IMG/VR virus record: IMGVR_UViG_3300045131_001276
Location: 6,182-70,181 of that record
Source of the DNA: a virus
Strand: one strand, 5' to 3'
DNA: 64,000 nt
A program made the translations under genes and the position numbers. Of the stretch, positions 19,192 through 26,658 are shown piece after piece. The stretch's first letter is position 1. Every line of letters starts with the position of its first letter. The notes below the pieces were generated by a model. The model was not told where the DNA came from and did no database searches. It saw nothing but the letters and a program-made list of their open reading frames with translations.

Positions 19192-20259
19192 ATGATAAAA
19201 CAACGATGCCCACAGTGCCGCAGATTTCAAGGATATGATGAGTCGACTTGCGCTTGTGGGTCTTCACTGCCCCGGTCGCAGAAGGATGTTTGGTGCTACA
19301 CCAAGCGGAACGGCCAGCGACACTTTAAACGGCTGGGGCGAATCACAAAGGTTGAAGCGGAAGCGGCTCACGCCCGGTGGTTGACCGAACTGCTTCAACC
19401 GCAATCCTACACTGCGGACCAAGTTGTCCTTGACAGCGCATGTCAGATGTATGTCGACAAACTCAGGGACGCCGACAAGCCGTATTATCGTGAGGCCCGA
19501 TTATTCCTTGACAGGCTTATGACCGTGGTTGGCCAGGGGATAGCGCTTCCCGACATTACGACCGAACTCGCTAGAGAATACCAGCGCCGGGTCGTCAAGG
19601 GCGGGGCTTCGCTGGCCTACGCCGACAGGCATGTGGCAATCGCCAAGGCCATGTTCGGATATGTGGCGCCGCATCTTCCAAATCCGTTCAAACTCGTTAA
19701 GATGTTTCGGCCCGACAATACACTGGTTAGGATGCTGACCAACGAACAGGAAGCCGAACTATTGAGGAATGCTCGGGAGTTGAAGACGAAGAATATGCCG
19801 TGGCTACCAGGAATAATACTCGTTGCGCTTCGAACCGGCCTCCGGCGTAACAACATCCTCTCGCTTAAATGGGAACAGGTGAACTTTGACACCAGGTCAA
19901 TCGCCGTGATTCAGAAGGGGAAGCGTAGGCTGTCCGTGCCGATCGCCACGGATTTAATTGAAGCGCTTCAAGAATTACAGACACTTAGCAACAGCGAATA
20001 TGTTTTTCCGAACATCAACACAGGGAAGCCCTACGGCCATTTCGACAAGTCATGGAAGAAACTCAAGTTGGCTTCGGGCATACCCTTACACTTCCGATTT
20101 CACGACCTCCGCCACCACGTAGCGACCAAGCTCGCCCGCAACACACGGAATCCGCTGATTGTGCAAACCATCCTCGGCCATTCGGCGCTTGCAACCACAC
20201 AGAAATATATGCACGTCTTTAATACCGACCTGACAGACGCCGTAGACAGCCTGAAGTAA
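19192..20259 (+). CDS. int: tyrosine integrase
   Basis: RTGLRR, FHDLRHH, LGHS and TQKY catalytic motifs; N-terminal CxxC...CxC. Confidence 0.92.
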   Translation: MIKQRCPQCRRFQGYDESTCACGSSLPRSQKDVWCYTKRNGQRHFKRLGRITKVEAEAAHARWLTELLQPQSYTADQVVLDSACQMYVDKLRDADKPYYREARLFLDRLMTVVGQGIALPDITTELAREYQRRVVKGGASLAYADRHVAIAKAMFGYVAPHLPNPFKLVKMFRPDNTLVRMLTNEQEAELLRNARELKTKNMPWLPGIILVALRTGLRRNNILSLKWEQVNFDTRSIAVIQKGKRRLSVPIATDLIEALQELQTLSNSEYVFPNINTGKPYGHFDKSWKKLKLASGIPLHFRFHDLRHHVATKLARNTRNPLIVQTILGHSALATTQKYMHVFNTDLTDAVDSLK

Positions 20260-20335
20260 AAAAACACAGCACAATATTTTTTTTGACATGTAATGACACA
20301 CCTGTGTTGTATAGTGTTTTTAAAACTACTATTTC

Positions 20336-20551
20336 ATGGGGTGCAACATGAATATTACGTGTCGGGAATACAAGGAGCTTGACTTAACGCTACGCATGAG
20401 CCAGGCCGAAACGGACGCATTAATCACAGTGCTATATCAGGCCACAAGCGACCTTGTGCTGGATAACGAACAGATAAAAGTAGCCAACAGTTTGCTAGGG
20501 GCGTTACGGGGGGATAAACGTGGTTCGCTTTACCGTGTCGACCCGGCTTAA
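20336..20551 (+). CDS. hypothetical protein
   Basis: ORF after candidate promoter at 20283. Confidence 0.5.
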   Translation: MGCNMNITCREYKELDLTLRMSQAETDALITVLYQATSDLVLDNEQIKVANSLLGALRGDKRGSLYRVDPA

Positions 20552-20732
20552 CGGCAACAAGCCCCGGATATGGAAGGCGGACAAAGACAGCGTGGCAAAG
20601 TTCAAGGTCAATCAGGTTCGAGTCGGTCACGACAATGCGGGAAAATATTACATGGTGGATGTTGTCGCTCCAATGGCGGCAATCGCAGGCAGGGAAGGAA
20701 CTACGATAATAGAGGAGAGGTTCAAGCAATGA
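20520..20732 (+). CDS. hypothetical protein
   Basis: GTG start, ATGA coupling to next gene. Confidence 0.5.
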   Translation: MVRFTVSTRLNGNKPRIWKADKDSVAKFKVNQVRVGHDNAGKYYMVDVVAPMAAIAGREGTTIIEERFKQ

Positions 20733-21118
20733 TTAGAGTCTATGTTGCGGGCGCATACAGTTCGGACAATGTGATTGGTGTCTTAGGTAACATGCGGCGG
20801 GGGATCAATCAATCACTAGATATACTTGAAGCGGGCTTTGCGATTCTGTGTCCTTGGCTGGATTTCCAATTTGGATTAAATCGACCACTGACACTGGGGC
20901 AATATCAAGCGAACAGTATAGCGTGGCTCGAAGTGTCCGATGCAATGTTCCTGGTCCCCGGCTGGGAACACTCGAAGGGGACACAGGCCGAGATAGAAGT
21001 GGCAAACGACCTCGGCATTCCAATCTACACTGATATTGATTCGCTGCTTCGATATCGTGATGTGTTGGAAGCTATGAAGGCCCAACAACAGAAGGAACTC
21101 AACTCATGCGCCGGTTAG
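20729..21118 (+). CDS. nucleoside 2-deoxyribosyltransferase-like (DUF4406/DUF1937) protein
   Basis: VYVAGAYS, WLEVSDAM..VPGWEHSKG...E...A..LGIP; GAGGAG SD before ATG 20729. Confidence 0.75.
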   Translation: MIRVYVAGAYSSDNVIGVLGNMRRGINQSLDILEAGFAILCPWLDFQFGLNRPLTLGQYQANSIAWLEVSDAMFLVPGWEHSKGTQAEIEVANDLGIPIYTDIDSLLRYRDVLEAMKAQQQKELNSCAG

Positions 21119-21189
21119 TCTCATGGGTATGGTTACAATACCGGCTGTGGCTTTTGAAGAGGAGGCATTATGGATAGGAGGAAGTGGCT

Positions 21190-22305
21190 ATGGAAGTAAC
21201 GCTCAACAGGGACATTCTGGTCAAGGCAATGGCCGACCTAACGCCAATAGCGGACAAGTCGACGGTCCTTCCAATATTGACCCATGTTTTTATTCGGGTC
21301 GAGCCAGGCGCAATATCTCTCGTGGCGACCGACCTCGAACTTGGTTTGAAGATTGACAACGTAGACGAATCAATCTCGGTTACAACAATGGGAACGGTGG
21401 CGCTACCGGCCCGCAAACTGTTTGAAATCGCAAAGGCGATGGATAATCCGTCAATTTCTATTTCAGTGAACGACAAATTCAGGGCCAAGATTACATCGGG
21501 CTCGTCACGGTTCGAGTTGCCGGGGCTATCACCAGAGGATTTCCCTACGTGGGAATTCCCCGACGATTCGGCTGAGTGGTCGTCTACCAATGCCGGTTCG
21601 TTTCTGGATTTAATGAAGCTGGTCATCTTCGCCGGGTCGAATGACGATTCAAGGTATAACCTAAACTCAATTCTGTTTGAGGTAGCTGACGGTAAGTTGC
21701 GACTGGTGGCGACCGACGGGCATAGGCTATCTCAACTGGACACGGGGATAGAAGTTAAGTCTGAGGATAAAAAGTATATCGTTCCCAAGAAATCAGCGAT
21801 GGCGATTATGAACTTCCTGAAAGGGAAAGAGGGGAACATTCTGATACTGTTAACACCGAAGAATATCTATCTTGACACGCCCAACGCAACTATTCGGTCC
21901 AGATTGGTAGAGGGTGAATATCCAGACTACACGAAGGTTGTTCCGCTCGGTTCGTTCGAGCCTATCCTGGTAGTTTTGGACGACCTTAAAAGCAGCGCAG
22001 GAATCTGCAATCTAATGACCTCAGATAGAAACAGAGGCGTGAACATAGTTGTCGGGGCTGGAAGTCTGGATATGTCCGCTACACATCCAGATTGGGGGAC
22101 CGCTCAGAATACTATTGACGTGGAATATATCGGCGAACGGGTAGAGTGCATTTTAAACGGGGCATATCTCACTGACGCATTATCCGCATTCGCCGTAGAC
22201 AAGATTCTACTGGAATACCGAAACAAGGATGCGCCGGTTATCTTCCGGTCTATCCAGCCAACGCCGACCAACTACTTCAGCTTGATTATGCCGATGAGGA
22301 GGTAG
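21190..22305 (+). CDS. dnaN: DNA polymerase III beta sliding clamp
   Basis: LPILTH, ATDLELG, VATDGHRLS, RLVEGEYPDY, LIMPMR; full length ~370 aa. Confidence 0.95.
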   Translation: MEVTLNRDILVKAMADLTPIADKSTVLPILTHVFIRVEPGAISLVATDLELGLKIDNVDESISVTTMGTVALPARKLFEIAKAMDNPSISISVNDKFRAKITSGSSRFELPGLSPEDFPTWEFPDDSAEWSSTNAGSFLDLMKLVIFAGSNDDSRYNLNSILFEVADGKLRLVATDGHRLSQLDTGIEVKSEDKKYIVPKKSAMAIMNFLKGKEGNILILLTPKNIYLDTPNATIRSRLVEGEYPDYTKVVPLGSFEPILVVLDDLKSSAGICNLMTSDRNRGVNIVVGAGSLDMSATHPDWGTAQNTIDVEYIGERVECILNGAYLTDALSAFAVDKILLEYRNKDAPVIFRSIQPTPTNYFSLIMPMRR

Positions 22306-22358
22306 CCAAAAACAGACATTGACTTTAGTTCAGCGAGATGTGAATATATTAACACCTA

Positions 22359-22425
22359 GTCCTTGCGGGCCGAACCGCCGCCGGATGGCGTGCTTGTCTG
22401 AGAAATCAGACTAGGCCGTGAGGAC
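22359..22425 (+). ncRNA. candidate structured RNA (three-way junction)
   Basis: 10-bp closing stem with two G-U pairs, CGCC/GGCG hairpin, GTCTGA-GAAA-TCAGAC hairpin; intergenic. Confidence 0.35.
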
Positions 22426-22433
22426 GACATCAT

Positions 22434-22595
22434 TCAATTCCCGCCTTTTTCTTTTATATCTTTTTTAATCAAGGCCCGGACGTATGCGCTAAAATTTAGA
22501 CCCATTTCCTCTGCGAGTACGCGTACGCGTACGTAATCGGGTTCGTCTAAGAATATCCAGTGCTTAACTTTTCCAGCCTTTGCTTTTGTTATCAT
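22434..22595 (-). CDS. ribbon-helix-helix (CopG/Arc-like) regulator, 53 aa, not in ORF track
   Basis: MITKAKAGKVKHWIFLDEPDYVRVRVLAEEMGLNFSAYVRALIKKDI; GAGGA SD. Confidence 0.7.
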   Translation of the reverse strand: MITKAKAGKVKHWIFLDEPDYVRVRVLAEEMGLNFSAYVRALIKKDIKEKGGN

Positions 22596-22683
22596 TTCAT
22601 CCTCTTTTGAGTATCATTTAATGATAATAAAGTGGATATATCAAAAAAAAGTGAAAGTAAAGTCTTTTTCTGTCAAATATTTC

Positions 22684-22712
22684 TTGACATGATAATTAGG
22701 TGGATATAAAGT
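22684..22712 (+). promoter_or_regulatory. sigma70-like promoter TTGACA-17-TAAAGT overlapped by GTGGATA repeats
   Basis: Canonical -35 and spacing upstream of the recombinase operon. Confidence 0.55.
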
Positions 22713-22932
22713 GGATACATAAAGAGAACAACAAAGGAGATAGAAGATGAGCAAAATGGAAGAAATCGAAAGATACTTGATGGAACTGGCGACAAAGACA
22801 CGCAAACCGAACATCGCTTACGCTAACATGATGAACGTAATCTACGGCCCACAGTTTAAAATGATTCACCTGGGTGACTAACAATAAAGCGACCCGAGCA
22901 AGTCGAAAAAAGGCTCACAAAAGGAGAATCCG

Positions 22933-23838
22933 ATGCAGACAGCACTTCAAATAAGCAACCCGAACATGGAAGTATTGGACGCCCTGATGACCGCAGGGGC
23001 ATCGCCAAAGACCGGCAAGGAATACTTCAGCGACCTGCAACAATTGGGACGCATCGCCGGAAAGAGCCTGCACGGAATACTTGAGTCTTTGTTGTCTACC
23101 CGTGAGCAGGCTTTCGTGATGGTCGGGAAACTTCGCCAACAAATGATAACGGCGGGCCTCGCTCCCAACACAATCAACCGACGCTTGGCTACGATCCGTG
23201 GACTTCTCCGGGTCGCAAGGGACATGGGAATAATTGGCTGGACAATGGATATCAAGAACCTGAGAACAGTCAACGTCAGGAACACGCAGGGGCCCGGAGT
23301 AGAAAAGGTCAGAGAAATGCTGGCCGAAGTGAAAGACACGGCCCAGGGCGCAAGAGACAGGGCAATCCTGGCGCTTCTGTCTACAATGGGGCTGAGAAGG
23401 ACAGAAGTTACGGCCCTGAACATCGAAGACCTGCAAGGCTCGAAGATTCGGGTCCAACGCAAAGGCTCGCTCGGCTATGTGACAATGACCGTTCCCGAGG
23501 CTACGTTGGCGGCAATAAACACATGGCTGCGATTCAGAGGCGAAGGGTCGGGGCCTCTGTTCACGTCTTTTGATAGGGCAGGGAAGGGTGACGGAAGATT
23601 GACCGGGCGCTCAGTGGCCCGCATAACCAATCAGAAGGGAGGATGTTCACCGCACGCGTTGAGACACACAGCGATAACCACCGCCATTGAAATGGCTGAC
23701 TCTATTGGTGTAGAGTTCACAGAATGCCGCCAATTCAGTGGACACAAACAGATTGAAACCCTGTTGATATACAGGGATCAGATTCGCAACACTCAGGGCC
23801 GCCTGGCTGAAGCGGTGGCCGGAAGGATGATGGGGTGA
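22933..23838 (+). CDS. second tyrosine recombinase (Xer/Cre-like resolvase)
   Basis: APNTINRRLA, RDRAIL...GLRRTE, HALRHT, SGH, LIY; AAGGAG SD; no arm-binding N-domain. Confidence 0.9.
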   Translation: MQTALQISNPNMEVLDALMTAGASPKTGKEYFSDLQQLGRIAGKSLHGILESLLSTREQAFVMVGKLRQQMITAGLAPNTINRRLATIRGLLRVARDMGIIGWTMDIKNLRTVNVRNTQGPGVEKVREMLAEVKDTAQGARDRAILALLSTMGLRRTEVTALNIEDLQGSKIRVQRKGSLGYVTMTVPEATLAAINTWLRFRGEGSGPLFTSFDRAGKGDGRLTGRSVARITNQKGGCSPHALRHTAITTAIEMADSIGVEFTECRQFSGHKQIETLLIYRDQIRNTQGRLAEAVAGRMMG

Positions 23839-24083
23839 TGGATTTAGGAACAAAAGCAGTATGGCAGCTAGAGTTTTTTGAAGAAAAGCTACCAGGGATA
23901 TCAGAAATAGAGATATGGATTATAAAATACAACAAACCGTACCCTTATCCCAGCACCTTCAATAATTATAAAGACGCAATAGCATTTATAGAGAATCATG
24001 CAGTAAAAGAAGATAGCGTTGAAGAGGTTGGAATAGGGCTTTTTAACAGAATCAGGCACGAGAAGACTGCGGAGGAGGTGTAA
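23835..24083 (+). CDS. hypothetical protein
   Basis: Coupled ORF. Confidence 0.55.
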   Translation: MMDLGTKAVWQLEFFEEKLPGISEIEIWIIKYNKPYPYPSTFNNYKDAIAFIENHAVKEDSVEEVGIGLFNRIRHEKTAEEV

Positions 24084-24085
24084 AC

Positions 24086-24361
24086 ATGCTCGTGAATAAT
24101 CTTGTAACCACAACCTGTTCCAATGGCCACAGTGTCTCTTTGATACAACCAACACTCCGCTTTCCCCCGTTAGACAACGCCAACTGTGGAGATGTGGTGT
24201 ATCCAGAAATATGGTGCGAAGAGTGTCAGGATTGGATTCCCAGCAATCTTGCGTTTAAGTTGAGCTATGAGGATTTAAAACACATGAAGCCCGTTCCGTT
24301 CGGGGTAAAACGAGGAAATGTGAGCATAATGGATGGATTGGGAATGGGAGGTGAGGAGTGA
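24086..24361 (+). CDS. hypothetical zinc-binding protein
   Basis: GGAGGAGG SD; CSNGH...CEEC. Confidence 0.6.
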   Translation: MLVNNLVTTTCSNGHSVSLIQPTLRFPPLDNANCGDVVYPEIWCEECQDWIPSNLAFKLSYEDLKHMKPVPFGVKRGNVSIMDGLGMGGEE

Positions 24362-24699
24362 AGATATCGGTTGACAGGATAGATATCGTCAGGGCATGGG
24401 AGGCGATGTGTCGAGTAAGCACTCTTGCTGTGACTAGCCCCAGAGAGGCGTGTGAACTGCACGAGGCTACCGGCATATTAAGTGAAATATTAAGAGCAAA
24501 TCCCGAACAACCAGACTTGCCATATATAGCGCCTGAGTTGGCTATAAAACATATTGAACAGGAATGGGAAAATAGAGAAGCCATAATAGAGATACTAGAT
24601 ATGCTTGCTGAGTTTGCTTACAGTAAATGCTTACACTCGAAAGTAACTTTAGGAGATAGAGCAGCAGACCTAGCCTCAAAACTGGGGAGGGAGAAATGA
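24358..24699 (+). CDS. hypothetical protein, paralogue A
   Basis: GGAGG SD; similar to next gene. Confidence 0.65.
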   Translation: MKISVDRIDIVRAWEAMCRVSTLAVTSPREACELHEATGILSEILRANPEQPDLPYIAPELAIKHIEQEWENREAIIEILDMLAEFAYSKCLHSKVTLGDRAADLASKLGREK

Positions 24700-25019
24700 A
24701 AATGTTGGTTGATAGGGAAGAGATAACGGCAGTATTAGATGCTGTATGTCAAGCACATATAATGAGCTATGAAGATATGGTCTATCAAGCCAGAGGGTTG
24801 TTGGTAGATATTCTTAATAAGGCTGACGAGGATAGGAAGTGGGCGGATAAAGAAATAGAGAAACATATAGAGACCACTAACAGGGAGGCTGTCGTTGAAC
24901 TACTAGAGATACTATGCCAAAACGAGAAGCGGAAAAATGTAGGGCTAGGAGCCAATATAACAACACTATTGCAAGGTGAATTAGATGAACTAAGGACTAA
25001 ACTGGAGGGTGAGAAATGA
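24696..25019 (+). CDS. hypothetical protein, paralogue B
   Basis: GGAGG SD; similar to previous gene. Confidence 0.65.
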   Translation: MKMLVDREEITAVLDAVCQAHIMSYEDMVYQARGLLVDILNKADEDRKWADKEIEKHIETTNREAVVELLEILCQNEKRKNVGLGANITTLLQGELDELRTKLEGEK

Positions 25020-25273
25020 AACGGGCAGTTATACTTGTATTGCTTTGTATTACATTTGCAACATTCGCCGTGGCTGAACAGGGAACCTATAGGGACCGCT
25101 ACGGCAACACGAGCGGCACGTGGTCAGATAATGGCAACCAACGCACATACAGGGATAGCTACGGCAACACATCTGGCTCTAGTTCCATGGATGGCGACCG
25201 CAGGGACTATCGGGACAGTTCAGGCAATTATACCGGATCGAGGGACAGGGACCGCGACAGGGACGATGATTAA
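25016..25273 (+). CDS. exported small protein with YRD-GN repeats
   Basis: Signal peptide; three YRDxxGNxxG repeats. Confidence 0.65.
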   Translation: MKRAVILVLLCITFATFAVAEQGTYRDRYGNTSGTWSDNGNQRTYRDSYGNTSGSSSMDGDRRDYRDSSGNYTGSRDRDRDRDDD

Positions 25274-25285
25274 CAGGAGGGTGAA

Positions 25286-25573
25286 ATGAAAAGGATAGGT
25301 TTGGCGCTGTGTTTGATTAGCATAATGTCTTTAGGGAATCTGTGTTGGGCCTTAAACACAGACAGCAACGGGTATGATTGGAATTCCTCAGACATTTCGG
25401 AAAGGGCAGCGTTTTGTAAAATAATCGCAAAGAAAGTCGGAAGAGACTATTTATGGTGGATGCGTTTTTATCAGAGCTTATATGATACTACAAATCCAAC
25501 GGTTTTAAACTTGTCCCTTAGTTTTGCTGGCGCATCAGGCGCAGTAATCGGCGACGCAATGGATTCGAAATGA
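25286..25573 (+). CDS. exported small protein
   Basis: Signal peptide; AGGAGG SD. Confidence 0.6.
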   Translation: MKRIGLALCLISIMSLGNLCWALNTDSNGYDWNSSDISERAAFCKIIAKKVGRDYLWWMRFYQSLYDTTNPTVLNLSLSFAGASGAVIGDAMDSK

Positions 25574-25639
25574 CACAAAGGACAACCACAAGGACAACCA
25601 ACATGACCTAACGCCTTGATATTATAGCCTAGTGATTAA

Positions 25640-25686
25640 GACTTCGAATCCGTAGGTCGCAGGTTCGAGTCCTGCCGGGCGTGCCA
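25640..25686 (+). pseudogene. 3' half of tRNA-Arg(TCG), att core
   Basis: CTTCGAA anticodon loop, GCAGG-TTCGAGT-CCTGC T-arm, acceptor 3' strand ending CCA; no D-arm or acceptor 5' strand upstream. Confidence 0.85.
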
Positions 25687-25699
25687 AAAATAAATCAAC

Positions 25700-25730
25700 A
25701 AGGTCGCTAACTTAGCGGCCTTTTTCTTTT
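25700..25730 (+). terminator. intrinsic terminator after att core
   Basis: AGGTCGCTAA/TTAGCGGCCT hairpin followed by T-tract. Confidence 0.75.
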
Positions 25731-26241
25731 GGAAAGACCACCATGGTTGTCCTTTTTAGATGAAATCAGGGTCTAATAATATCACTTATTTATCACATGG
25801 AAGTTTTTGCGCGGGACAACCACAGGGACAACCAAAAGTAATGTTCAGATTTCAGATACAGAAACCATGTTGGTTGTCCCTATGGTTGTCCCTGGTGTGT
25901 AGACAAATTAATACACTTTTGTATTGACATTGATATCATTATGCTTTATTAGAGCGAGCAGAATATGCTGGAAAGGTTCAAAACCTTAATTTCACGGCGT
26001 ATTCAAGGCAACTGACTACTGCTCCTTTCTGTTTGAAGGCGTATGTCGTTAATATTGCGGATTCCTCCCCGCTCTCTATCCCTGCCCCCATTTCTTTGAA
26101 CCCCTTTTCTCATACCCTGAAGAGTGAACCTTCTCCTTCTTTTCGATTGTCCTTTGTGCGGGGCGGGGCGGCATACGTCTTCAATTTTTTACAGGAGCGC
26201 ACTTGCCTATAAAGCCGCTCAGAAATAATGAACTGAGAATA

Positions 26242-26658
26242 ATGCCCCAGAGGAAACCTGGGAATATTGAGCGCAACATCTATAACGAAACACAAGGCCC
26301 GCTCCTCAACGCATTTAATATGATTCAGTCAATGATGAACCGCCACAGGGACCGGGTCTTGGCAGACGTTAGGCCAGAAAATATCGGGGACATAACCAAG
26401 CTAGCCAACGCAATGTCTGCGTTAATTAAAAGCTCTATTGAGGTTGAGAAGTGGGAATACGTGAAGTCGCATCAACTGCAGGAAGCAATGAACGCAATCA
26501 TGTGCGACGCTCGAATACGATTACGTGACCATCCAGAATTGGCCGACAAACTGGCCGAGATATACAAAGAATCTATGGCGGAATGTGAGTTCACATTAAA
26601 CGCCCAGATAGACCCAACGGCAATGCTAGAGGCGGGGCTAACAGACAATGCGGATTAA
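26242..26658 (+). CDS. putative terminase small subunit
   Basis: Helical protein directly upstream of and overlapping terL; start uncertain. Confidence 0.55.
   Translation: MPQRKPGNIERNIYNETQGPLLNAFNMIQSMMNRHRDRVLADVRPENIGDITKLANAMSALIKSSIEVEKWEYVKSHQLQEAMNAIMCDARIRLRDHPELADKLAEIYKESMAECEFTLNAQIDPTAMLEAGLTDNAD

Larger units (their letters stand above)
25580..25891. mobile_element. attP: attP site: core 25640-25686 plus seven GGACAACCA arm-type repeats and an IHF site
   Basis: GGACAACCA at 25580, 25592, 25814, 25826, inverted at 25744, 25871, 25883; WATCAANNNNTTR match (minus strand) at 25609-25621. Confidence 0.85.

Noticed and set aside
20570-20728. N-terminal extension of the DUF4406-like ORF
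   Set aside because: Overlaps the 20520-20732 gene; a better start with SD is at 20729
22517-22532. GTACGCGTACGCGTAC palindromic repeat as a cis site
   Set aside because: Falls within the RHH coding sequence (VRVRV); a shorter match at 6253-6262 may be chance
25600-25686. Complete phage-encoded tRNA-Arg
   Set aside because: Upstream sequence cannot form the acceptor 5' strand or D-arm; better explained as an att core
25580-25891. CRISPR-like or mini-array from GGACAACCA repeats
   Set aside because: Repeats are 9 bp, in both orientations, irregularly spaced, and no cas genes are present; they fit integrase arm sites
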